Below are positions 1-9,042 of a stretch of 64,000 bases of DNA, one piece after another. Position 1 is the first letter of the stretch; each line of letters starts with the position of its first letter. The notes beneath the pieces were generated by a model. The model saw only the letters and a program-made list of their open reading frames with translations. It was not told the origin of the DNA and searched no databases. The position numbers and the translations under genes were made by a program. Source of the stretch: Nitrospirota bacterium (lineage in GTDB: Bacteria > Nitrospirota > UBA9217); the NCBI GenBank assembly GCA_963790205.1, contig CAWBNQ010000001.1, positions 352,001-416,000 on the forward strand, read 5' to 3'.

Positions 1-100
1 AACTACCTCCCCCAGAGTTGACGATTTTCCGGAAAAAGACTATAGTAACCTCTTGAGAAGCGGTTTTCCCCGAGTATTGCCCCACAAGGAGACGCGATCC

Positions 101-1810
101 GTGAACGATATTCTCCCCTCATCGCCGGAGGACTCAAAAGGCCCCACCCTGTCAATCATCCCCCTCGGCGGCATCGGCGAGATCGGCATGAACATGACCG
201 TGTTCGAATACGGCGACGACATGCTGGTTGTCGACGCGGGCCTCATGTTTCCCGATGCCGAGATGCTCGGCGTGGACATCGTGATCCCCGACTTTTCCTA
301 TCTTCTCGAGAATAAGGACCGCGTACGCGGAATCGTGCTCACTCACGGCCATGAAGACCACATCGGCGCGCTCCCCTTTCTCCTCAAGGAGCTCAACGTC
401 CCGATCTACGGCACCCGGCTTACGCTGGGATTCGTGAAAGAAAAGCTCCGGGAGCATGAACTCGACACCGTTGCGCAGCTCACCGTTGTCAAACCCCGGG
501 ATGTGGTGGAACTCGGGAGCTTTCGCGTGGAATTCATCCGCGTGACCCACAGCATCGTCGACGGCGTGGGCCTCGGCATCACGACGCCGGCGGGCCGCGT
601 GGTGCACACCGGGGACTTCAAGATCGACCCCACGCCGGTCGACGGGCAGGTCATGGACCTCCGCACGTTCGCGGAATACGGCGATAAAGGCACGCTCGTA
701 CTCCTGTCGGACAGCACGAATGCGGGCCAGGGCGGATACACCTTTTCAGAGAAGGAGGTCAGGCGCGGGCTCGAGGACATCTTCAGCCGCGCAAAGGGCA
801 GGATCGTGGTCGCGACCTTCGCCTCGAACATCCACCGCGTGCAGCAGATCATCGACGTGTCCGTTATGTACAACCGGAAGGTGATCCTGAACGGGAAGAG
901 CATGATCGCGAACGCCCAGATCGCGCTCGATCTCGGCTATCTCAGGATCCCGCCCGACACCTGGCACAAGATAGAGGCGCTCAAGACCCTGCCGGACGAG
1001 CAGGTCGTGATGATCACCACGGGCAGCCAGGGCGAGCCCATGAGCGCGCTTTCGCGCATGGCCGCGAACGAGCATAAACACTTCCAGATCAGGAAAGGCG
1101 ACACCATCATTCTTTCGTCCAAGATGATCCCCGGCAACGAACGCGGCATTACGCGGATCATCAACCACCTCTTCAAGCACGGGGCCGAGGTGTTCTACGA
1201 GAAGGTGTCCGAGATCCACGTCTCGGGCCATGCGTCCAAGGAAGAGCTGAAGCTCATGCTTTCCCTCATCAAGCCGAAATATTTCATCCCCGTGCACGGA
1301 GAGTACCGGCACCTCGTGTACCACTCCCAGCTTGCGAGGAAGGTGAACATCCCCGAGGAGAACATCTTCATCCTCGAAAACGGAGAGGTGATGGAATTCA
1401 CGGAGAACAGCGCCCGGCGCGCGGGGCGAGTGAACGTCGGCCGGGTGTACATCGACGGCAAGACCGCCGGCTCCACCGCGGACGCGGGCGTGGACACGGT
1501 CGTTCTCAGGGACCGGATGAAGCTGGCCCACGACGGCGTGGTGATCGTGATCCTCGGCATCGAGAAGACTTCGGGCAAGGTGGTCTCGGGACCGGACATC
1601 GTGTCGCGGGGCTTCGTGTTCGAGGACGCGTCGCAGGAGCTTTTGGCCGAGGTGAAGGACGTGGTCATGGACACGCTTACGCTCATGATCCCCGAGGCAA
1701 AGGGCGACTGGTCCCTCGTCTCCGCCCGCGTCAGGAGCGCGCTCAAGAAGTTCATCAACAAGCGCATGGAGCGGCGGCCCATGATCCTGCCGATCATCAT
1801 GGAGATCTAG
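101..1810 (+). CDS. rnj: Ribonuclease J (metallo-beta-lactamase/beta-CASP)
   Basis: Motifs LGGIGEIGMN, THGHEDHIG, TGSQGEP, HVSGHA, PVHGE and C-terminal RRPMILP. Likely GTG start at 101 after AAGGAG; the ORF track starts at 53. Confidence 0.96.
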   Translation: MNDILPSSPEDSKGPTLSIIPLGGIGEIGMNMTVFEYGDDMLVVDAGLMFPDAEMLGVDIVIPDFSYLLENKDRVRGIVLTHGHEDHIGALPFLLKELNVPIYGTRLTLGFVKEKLREHELDTVAQLTVVKPRDVVELGSFRVEFIRVTHSIVDGVGLGITTPAGRVVHTGDFKIDPTPVDGQVMDLRTFAEYGDKGTLVLLSDSTNAGQGGYTFSEKEVRRGLEDIFSRAKGRIVVATFASNIHRVQQIIDVSVMYNRKVILNGKSMIANAQIALDLGYLRIPPDTWHKIEALKTLPDEQVVMITTGSQGEPMSALSRMAANEHKHFQIRKGDTIILSSKMIPGNERGITRIINHLFKHGAEVFYEKVSEIHVSGHASKEELKLMLSLIKPKYFIPVHGEYRHLVYHSQLARKVNIPEENIFILENGEVMEFTENSARRAGRVNVGRVYIDGKTAGSTADAGVDTVVLRDRMKLAHDGVVIVILGIEKTSGKVVSGPDIVSRGFVFEDASQELLAEVKDVVMDTLTLMIPEAKGDWSLVSARVRSALKKFINKRMERRPMILPIIMEI

Positions 1811-1846
1811 TGAATATATCCTTGACGCTACCCGCCTGATGCGAGA

Positions 1847-1875
1847 TTGCCAAATTCCGCTTAACGTGGTATCTT
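1847..1875 (+). promoter_or_regulatory. Putative sigma70 promoter of the toxin-antitoxin islet
   Basis: TTGCCA-17 nt-TATCTT with extended -10 TG, ~25 nt upstream of the DUF2281 gene. Confidence 0.5.
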
Positions 1876-1899
1876 AATATCATCAAGAGAGCGAGGTGT

Positions 1900-2097
1900 G
1901 TGATGGGTAAGAAAGACGTATTGATGGACGAAATCGGGCAGGTTCCCGAACCATTTCTCGACGAGGTGCTTGATTTTGTCCGTTTCATTAAAGCGAAAAC
2001 AGCAAAGGAAAAAACCGACATTACCATCGCAAGCGAGTCATCCTTAAAAAAAGACTGGCTGAGGCCGGAGGAGGATGAGGCTTGGCAAAATTTGTAA
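1900..2097 (+). CDS. DUF2281-like antitoxin
   Basis: 65 aa with EVLDFVRFIK and C-terminal SESSLKKDWLRPEEDEAWQNL, typical of this family. Confidence 0.8.
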   Translation: MMGKKDVLMDEIGQVPEPFLDEVLDFVRFIKAKTAKEKTDITIASESSLKKDWLRPEEDEAWQNL

Positions 2098-2125
2098 AAT
2101 GCGAACTCCCGCATGAGGTGAGCAC

Positions 2126-2467
2126 ATGAGCATCGTCAAGGAAGCAAATCCCGTCGCGGTCAAGATAGCGAAACAATTCGCGGACGCGGTGCATGACCTT
2201 GTTCCCAGGGCGATTGTAAAGCTATTCGGCTCGGCGGCCCGCGGCGAAATGGAGGAGCTGAGCGACATTGACATCTATGTGGAACTGCCCGATGCCGCGG
2301 CAACCGACGCCGTCAGGGAAAAGATCAACGACCTTGCCTGGGAAGTAGGTTTTGCTCACGACAGAGTGATACAGTCGGTGGTTTATCAGAAAAGCGAGAT
2401 TTGGGAAAGCCCCCTCCGGTCATCGCCCTTTATCAAGGCCGTGACGCAAGAGGGCATCCTCTTATGA
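2126..2467 (+). CDS. Minimal nucleotidyltransferase (MNT) antitoxin
   Basis: LFGSAARG...SDIDI motif, 113 aa, ATGA overlap with the downstream HEPN gene. Confidence 0.9.
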   Translation: MSIVKEANPVAVKIAKQFADAVHDLVPRAIVKLFGSAARGEMEELSDIDIYVELPDAAATDAVREKINDLAWEVGFAHDRVIQSVVYQKSEIWESPLRSSPFIKAVTQEGILL

Positions 2468-2892
2468 GAAATGCCGACACCGTAGCGCTCATAAAACACA
2501 ACCTCCAAAAGGCGGATGATTCAATAATACAGGCGAACGCCCTTCTCAATATTCAGCAACACTTCGGCGCGGTTAATCGCGCCTACTACGCCATTTTCTA
2601 CGCCGTACTCGCTATTCTGCTCGCCAAAGATCTCGGCAGTTCGAAACACTCCGGGGTCCTTTCCCTCTTCGATCGTGAGTTTGTCAAAACAAATGAAGTA
2701 GACAGAAAGTGGTCCAAAATTTTTCACGACGCGTCCGGACTGAGGGCGACGGGAGATTACGCAAGGCTTGCCGATGTAACCGCTCAGCAGGCAGCTAAGA
2801 CGATTCAAAATGCCGAGGAGTCGTCTTCTGGGCAAGGGAATGGCTTGCGGAGCGAAAGTGGCTCTAGCGGTCGCACAAACTACCTGCCTTAA
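2464..2892 (+). CDS. HEPN domain protein, probably frameshifted near the C-terminus
   Basis: NRAYYAIFYA, SKHSGV, FDREFVK and R..GDY motifs; start at ATG 2464. The natural-looking tail (F)VFWAREWLAERKWL* lies in another frame ending at 2867, implying a 1-nt deletion at ~2821. Confidence 0.85.
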   Translation: MRNADTVALIKHNLQKADDSIIQANALLNIQQHFGAVNRAYYAIFYAVLAILLAKDLGSSKHSGVLSLFDREFVKTNEVDRKWSKIFHDASGLRATGDYARLADVTAQQAAKTIQNAEESSSGQGNGLRSESGSSGRTNYLP

Positions 2893-2937
2893 ACCCATTT
2901 CGGAAAGAGACGAGGGTGAACCACCAACAGGTGCCGA

Positions 2938-5900
2938 ATGCATGAGAACTTGATCGAACGATATCTGACTGACCTGCTGGAGGTGCGCGGCACGCGTTCC
3001 AATGCGCCGGAGACGTCATTCTATCCGGCTTTGGAGCACCTGCTTACTTCCCTGGGGAAAAGCCTCAATCCCAAGGTCCGGTGCGTTATCAATCTGGCGA
3101 ATCGAGGCGCAGGCCTGCCGGATGGTGGGTTATTCACTGCCGATCAGTTCAGCCGCAAAGCACGCGATGCAGAGGACAAAGACAATCCCTTTCTTGCGCA
3201 AAACCCCTCTCGCGGAGTGATCGAGGCAAAGGCCCCTTCCGCTGATATCAACGAGCTTGCTGGTTCCGAGCAGGTCGAGCGTTACTGGAAAAAGTACGGG
3301 ATGGTACTCATCACGAACTTCCGGTCTTTCGCTCTCATCGGAAAGAATCCGGCGGGACAACCGTCGGTTCTCGAATCCTTTTCCTTGGCGGAATCAGAAA
3401 AAGAGTTTTGGCAGCTTGCGGCCCATCCGCGTAAGACCGCTGATGAGCAAGGAGAGCGGATGCTGGAATATCTCCGCCGTGTCCTTCTGCACAACGCGCC
3501 GCTTGCCGAGCCCAAAGATGTCGCGACTATCCTTGCCTCGTACGCTCACGATGCCCGGCTGAGGATAGAGCAGGCGGACCTCCCCGCCCTGCAGAACCTG
3601 CGCAAGGCGCTCGAAGACTCGCTCGGTCTGCATTTCGAGGGCGAGAAGGGCGAACACTTCTTCCGGTCGACTCTGGTGCAAACGCTCTTCTACGGTGTTT
3701 TTTCCGCATGGGTCCTCTGGGCGCGCAGAAAAGATACCGGGCAACCGAAAAAATCCTTTGCCGATAAGATCCACGAATCGCAGGCGCCCTACACGGTTTC
3801 GGGTCCCTTTGACTGGAAAGCCGCCCACTGGCTGCTCCGCGTTCCGATGCTCCGCGCGCTGTTCGTGCAGGTGGCTGATCCTGCCCGGCTCGGTGCGCTC
3901 GGCCTCATCGAGGCTCTCGACTGGACCGCCGCGGCACTGAACCGCGTGGATCGCGCGGCGTTCTTTCATTCCTTCGACGAAGGCCATGCCGTGCAGTATT
4001 TCTACGAGCCCTTCCTGCACGCCTTTGATCCCGAGCTGCGCAAGGAACTTGGTGTCTGGTACACGCCCGAGGAGATCGTTAATTATCAGGTCGAGCGCGT
4101 TGATGCCGTTCTCCGGTCGGAACTGAATCTGCCCGACGGCCTCGCCGATCCGAAGGTTGTCGTTCTCGATCCCTGCTGCGGGACCGGCGCATATCTTCGC
4201 GCGGTACTTCGCCGCATCGCGGTGACGCTCCGCGATAAAGGGGGCGATGCCCTCGTTGCGAATGACCTCAAGAAGGCGGCAATGGAGCGCGTCTTCGGCT
4301 TCGAGATTCTTCCCGCGCCTTTCGTTATCGCGCATCTCCAACTTGGTTTGGAACTCGAAACCCTCGGCGCGCCGCTAAGCGACGTGGGCGATCCTCCGGA
4401 GCGTGCGGGTGTTTATCTTACGAACGCGCTCACTGGCTGGGAGCCGCCGAAGGAAAAGCCGAAGCAGATCGCGTTCCCGGGATTCGCAGAGGAACGCGAT
4501 GCAGCGGGAAAGGTGAAGCAGGAAAAAACCATCCTCGTTATAATCGGCAATCCGCCGTATAATGCGTTCTCCGGCGTCAGTCCTGAGGAAGAGAACGGCC
4601 TAGTCGAACCCTACAAAAAAGGCCTGATCTCCGATTGGGGAATAAAGAAGTTCAACCTCGACGACCTCTACATTCGTTTCTTCCGTCTGGCCGAAAAGCG
4701 CATAGCTGAGCACAGCGGGCGTGGTGTTGTGTCGTTCATCTCGAATTTCTCTTACCTGGGCGACCCTTCGTTCGTCGTGGCGCGCCGCAGGTTCCTCGAC
4801 GAATTCGATGCGATCTGGCTGGACTGCATGAACGGCGACAGCCGCGAAACCGGCAAGCTAACGCCGGAGGGCAAACCCGATCCATCGGTATTCTCAACAG
4901 AGTGGAACCGCGAAGGCATTCGCGTCGGCACTGCCATTGGCTTGTTCGTAAAACGTGGCCGCACTCATGAAGCCGACGCAGCGGTTCGTTTTCATCATTT
5001 TTGGGGTACGGCGAAACGAAACGATCTTCTCACCAGCCTCAAAGCAAAAAACTTTAACGCGCAATACGAGACAGCCAATCCGCAGAAGGATAACCGTTGG
5101 ACGTTCCGACCGTCAGACGTCACAACGGCGTATCTTGGATGGCCTAAGCTGACCGATCTTTGCGCTGAAGCTCCGAGCAATGGATTAATGGAAAAGCGTG
5201 GCGGCGCGCTGATGGCAGATGACCGCAAGGCTCTCGAAGCGCGAATGAAGCGCTTTTTTGATAAGAATGTGTCTTTCGAGGAATTGAAGGATGAATTGCA
5301 TCCTCTAACATTCGATGCAGCGGCACACGATGCGCGTAAGGCGCGCGAGAAAGTTCTTAAGGCAGAAGGATTCCTTGAAAGCCGTCTAATCAGATACGCT
5401 TTACGCCCGCTCGATCATTGTTGGTGTTACTACACTGGAATCAGTTCAATCTGGAACCGACCTCGACCCACGCTCTGGCCGCAGTGCTGGGAAGGTAACA
5501 GTTTTCTCATGACACGACCATCCGGAGTCGCGCATCCGGAGGGGTTGCCATTATTCTTGACGAGCACGTTAGGCGACAACGACTTTCTGAGAGGTCATGC
5601 ATACTACTTCGCTTTACGGCTTAAGGTTGGGCTTGGCCAGAAAGCTTCTCGGAGAGCGAACGATAAGCTTGCCCTTCCCGGAATGGAACACGACGCCGAG
5701 AAGATTACCGCCAACCTCTCACCCTCAACGCGCTCCTATCTAACATCGCTTGGCTTGCCTGAACCGGACACAGATCAGAAGACTGCTGAATTGATCTGGT
5801 ATCACGCTTTGACAATCGGTTATTCACCGGCATATCTTTCCGAGAATGCTGACGGCATTCGGCAGGACTGGCCGCGAATTCCGCTGCCGATGAAGAAAGA

Positions 5901-6411
5901 TGCGTTGCTTTCTTCCGCAGGCCTCGGGCGACAGGTCGCGGCATTGCTGGATACTGAATCGCCGGTGCCCACAGTAACAACGGGCAAGATACGTGACGAT
6001 CTCAAGAGCATTGCTGTGTTCGAGCGCACGGATGGCAAACAGGCTAATCCAACTTCCGGTGATCTTGATCTCACCGCTGGCTGGGGTCATGCGGGTAAGG
6101 GCGGTATCACCATGCCCGGCAAAGGATTGATTCGGGAGAATGGCGACGCGCTCGACATCTATCTGAATGAAAACACCCGCTGGCGGAATGTGCCGAAAGC
6201 TGTGTGGGATTACACCATCGGCGGATACCAGGTCATCAAGAAGTGGCTTTCATACCGCGAAAAGGATTTGCTCGGCAGGGGTTTGACGCCGGAGGAAGTG
6301 CGCTACGTGACTGAGATGGCACGCCGCCTTGCTGCGCTGATCGCATTGCAACCTGCGCTGGACGACAACTATCGGAGCGTGATCAAAACGACATATCATT
6401 GGACAAAATGA
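2938..6411 (+). CDS. Single-chain restriction-modification enzyme: PD-(D/E)xK nuclease + N6-adenine MTase + Type ISP/LlaBIII-like C-terminal specificity region, no helicase
   Basis: N-terminal PDG...IEAK; GVWYTP; LDPCCGTG (SAM-binding motif I); GNPPY (motif IV); C-terminal WDYTIGGYQVIKKWLSYR. Confidence 0.85.
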   Translation: MHENLIERYLTDLLEVRGTRSNAPETSFYPALEHLLTSLGKSLNPKVRCVINLANRGAGLPDGGLFTADQFSRKARDAEDKDNPFLAQNPSRGVIEAKAPSADINELAGSEQVERYWKKYGMVLITNFRSFALIGKNPAGQPSVLESFSLAESEKEFWQLAAHPRKTADEQGERMLEYLRRVLLHNAPLAEPKDVATILASYAHDARLRIEQADLPALQNLRKALEDSLGLHFEGEKGEHFFRSTLVQTLFYGVFSAWVLWARRKDTGQPKKSFADKIHESQAPYTVSGPFDWKAAHWLLRVPMLRALFVQVADPARLGALGLIEALDWTAAALNRVDRAAFFHSFDEGHAVQYFYEPFLHAFDPELRKELGVWYTPEEIVNYQVERVDAVLRSELNLPDGLADPKVVVLDPCCGTGAYLRAVLRRIAVTLRDKGGDALVANDLKKAAMERVFGFEILPAPFVIAHLQLGLELETLGAPLSDVGDPPERAGVYLTNALTGWEPPKEKPKQIAFPGFAEERDAAGKVKQEKTILVIIGNPPYNAFSGVSPEEENGLVEPYKKGLISDWGIKKFNLDDLYIRFFRLAEKRIAEHSGRGVVSFISNFSYLGDPSFVVARRRFLDEFDAIWLDCMNGDSRETGKLTPEGKPDPSVFSTEWNREGIRVGTAIGLFVKRGRTHEADAAVRFHHFWGTAKRNDLLTSLKAKNFNAQYETANPQKDNRWTFRPSDVTTAYLGWPKLTDLCAEAPSNGLMEKRGGALMADDRKALEARMKRFFDKNVSFEELKDELHPLTFDAAAHDARKAREKVLKAEGFLESRLIRYALRPLDHCWCYYTGISSIWNRPRPTLWPQCWEGNSFLMTRPSGVAHPEGLPLFLTSTLGDNDFLRGHAYYFALRLKVGLGQKASRRANDKLALPGMEHDAEKITANLSPSTRSYLTSLGLPEPDTDQKTAELIWYHALTIGYSPAYLSENADGIRQDWPRIPLPMKKDALLSSAGLGRQVAALLDTESPVPTVTTGKIRDDLKSIAVFERTDGKQANPTSGDLDLTAGWGHAGKGGITMPGKGLIRENGDALDIYLNENTRWRNVPKAVWDYTIGGYQVIKKWLSYREKDLLGRGLTPEEVRYVTEMARRLAALIALQPALDDNYRSVIKTTYHWTK

Positions 6412-6479
6412 CCGGGGAGTACGAACCGATGGAGTCTTAAAGCTTTCACACGCTACCGGCTGCACAGCATGGAGGCTCA

Positions 6480-8963
6480 ATGGTCAACAACAACCACAAG
6501 ACGTTAGACAACTTCAAATACGACAAGCTCGCTGAGGACCGGGAGTCCCTCAGGCATTCGCTCTCCAACCGTCTCATCTACTCCATGGGCAAGGACCCGA
6601 TCACCGCGACCCACCGCGACTGGCTTCACACCACGGCCTACTCCGTGCGGGAGCGGCTGATCGAACGCTGGATGGAGACCATGCGCAGCTACTACCATTC
6701 GGACGCGAAACGCGTCTACTACCTCTCCATGGAGTTTCTGACCGGTCGGCTTCTTGCAAACAGCCTTTTCAATATGGGTTTCTACGACGAGTGCCGCCAG
6801 GCGCTCGCGGACCTGGACCTGGACCTCGACCGTATTCGCGAGCTTGAATCCGACGCGGCCCTGGGAAACGGCGGGCTCGGCAGGCTCGCCGCCTGCTTTC
6901 TTGACTCCATGGCAACGCTGGGTCTGCCGGGATACGGCTACGGCATCCGCTACGAATACGGCATGTTCAACCAGCGCATCGAGAACGGCCAGCAGATAGA
7001 GCACCCGGACAACTGGCTGCGTTACGGGAACCCCTGGGAGTTCCCGCGCCCCGAAGTGCTCTTCGCGGTCAAATTCGGCGGCAAGGTCGTGCAGTTCAGG
7101 GACGAACAGGGCCAGGTCCGCTTCCATTGGGTCGATACCGAGGACGTCATGGCCATGGCCTACGACACGCCCGTGCCCGGCTACGACACGAGCACGGTGA
7201 ACAACATGCGCCTCTGGACCGCGAAAGCGACGCGCGATTTCAACCTCAAGTACTTTAACGAGGGGAACTACATCAAGGCCGTCGAGGAAAAGAACGAATC
7301 GGAGAACCTCTCGAAGGTGCTCTACCCCGACGACACCACGCAGATGGGCCGTGAGCTGCGGCTCAAGCAGCAGTATTTCTTCGTCTGCGCCTCGATCCAG
7401 GACATCATGAGGCGTTTCACCAAGTATCACCCGCACCTGGATGAACTGCCGGACAAGGTAGCGATCCAGCTGAACGATACCCATCCCTCGATCGGCATCC
7501 CGGAGCTCATGCGCGTCCTGATAGACATTCATCACCTCGAATGGGACCGCGCCTGGGACATCACGCAGCGCACCTTTTCCTATACGAACCACACGCTCAT
7601 GCCCGAGGCGCTCGAGACCTGGCCCGTGAAACTCTTCGAGGAAATCCTGCCTCGTCACCTGCAGATCATCTATGAGATCAATTACCGCTTTCTTGAAAAC
7701 GTGCGGCACCATAGCCCCGGGGATACGGACCTGCTCCGGCGCCTGTCGATCGTGGACGAGGGAGGCGGGAGACGGCTCCGCATGGCGCACCTGGCCATTG
7801 TCGGGAGCCACCGGGTGAACGGCGTCTCGCAGATCCACACGGACCTCATGAAGAAGACGATCTTCGCGGACTTCGAGCGCTTTTTCCCCGGCAAGATCAT
7901 CAACATCACGAACGGCGTCACGCCGCGGCGCTGGCTGCAAGAGGCGAACCCCGCCCTGTCCTCTCTCATCACGTCCCGCCTCGGCAAAGGATGGCTGTGC
8001 GAGCTCTCGGAACTGAAGAACCTCGCGCCGCTCGCCGAAGACGCGGAGTTCCGGCAGCGGTTCCGCGACGTGAAGCGGGAGAACAAAGAGCGGCTGGCCA
8101 AGATCATCAAGATGCGCCTCAAACTGATCGTAAACCCGGCATCGCTCTTCGACGTGCAGATCAAGCGCATCCACGAATACAAGCGGCAGCTCCTGAACGT
8201 GCTCCACATCGTGACCCGCTACAACCGCATCAAGGAAGGCCGCGCGGAGAATCCCGTCCCGCGCACGGCGATCTTCAGCGGCAAGGCCGCGCCGGGCTAC
8301 ACCATGGCCAAGCTCATCATCAAGCTGATTCACAGCGTGGGAGATGTCGTGAACAACGATCCCGCGGTCGGCGATCTGCTCAAAGTCGTGTTCATACCCG
8401 ACTACAACGTCTCGAACGCCGAAAAGATCATCCCTGCCTGCGACCTTTCGGAGCAGATCTCGACGGCCGGCACCGAGGCCTCGGGCACGGGCAACATGAA
8501 GCTTGCATTGAACGGCGCGCTCACGATCGGCACCCTCGACGGCGCAAACATCGAGATGAGGGACGAGGTAGGCAGCGACAACTTTTTTATCTTCGGGCTC
8601 AGCGCGGAAGAGGTTGCGGCGCAGCGGGCACAAGGCTACAATCCCTGGGACCTCTATAACACCAATGCCGAGCTCAGGAAGGCCCTCAACGTGATCGCCG
8701 GCGGCTACTTCTCGCCCGGCGCGCCTGACCTTTTCCGGCCGGTAACCGACGCCCTCACGCACGGCGGCGACCATTTTCTCCTGCTCGCGGATTACGCTTC
8801 GTACATGTCCTGCCAGGAGCGCGTGGATGAGCTTTACCGCAATAACGATGAGTGGAGCAAACGCGCCATCCTGAACGTCGCCAATATGGGCAGGTTTTCG
8901 AGCGATCGTTCGGTCAAGGAATACGCCGAGGGCGTGTGGAAGGTGAGAGCCGTGAAGCACTGA
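6480..8963 (+). CDS. glgP: Glycogen/alpha-glucan phosphorylase
   Basis: GNGGLGRLAACF, QLNDTHP, KRIHEYKRQ and the PLP-lysine motif EASGTGNMK. Confidence 0.97.
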   Translation: MVNNNHKTLDNFKYDKLAEDRESLRHSLSNRLIYSMGKDPITATHRDWLHTTAYSVRERLIERWMETMRSYYHSDAKRVYYLSMEFLTGRLLANSLFNMGFYDECRQALADLDLDLDRIRELESDAALGNGGLGRLAACFLDSMATLGLPGYGYGIRYEYGMFNQRIENGQQIEHPDNWLRYGNPWEFPRPEVLFAVKFGGKVVQFRDEQGQVRFHWVDTEDVMAMAYDTPVPGYDTSTVNNMRLWTAKATRDFNLKYFNEGNYIKAVEEKNESENLSKVLYPDDTTQMGRELRLKQQYFFVCASIQDIMRRFTKYHPHLDELPDKVAIQLNDTHPSIGIPELMRVLIDIHHLEWDRAWDITQRTFSYTNHTLMPEALETWPVKLFEEILPRHLQIIYEINYRFLENVRHHSPGDTDLLRRLSIVDEGGGRRLRMAHLAIVGSHRVNGVSQIHTDLMKKTIFADFERFFPGKIINITNGVTPRRWLQEANPALSSLITSRLGKGWLCELSELKNLAPLAEDAEFRQRFRDVKRENKERLAKIIKMRLKLIVNPASLFDVQIKRIHEYKRQLLNVLHIVTRYNRIKEGRAENPVPRTAIFSGKAAPGYTMAKLIIKLIHSVGDVVNNDPAVGDLLKVVFIPDYNVSNAEKIIPACDLSEQISTAGTEASGTGNMKLALNGALTIGTLDGANIEMRDEVGSDNFFIFGLSAEEVAAQRAQGYNPWDLYNTNAELRKALNVIAGGYFSPGAPDLFRPVTDALTHGGDHFLLLADYASYMSCQERVDELYRNNDEWSKRAILNVANMGRFSSDRSVKEYAEGVWKVRAVKH

Positions 8964-9042
8964 CGCGCGGCCCCGGCCTTCTGCGAAGACGCGTGCCGTC
9001 CGGGCTTGCCGAACCCGCGAATACCCGTATTGTCTCAGCGCA

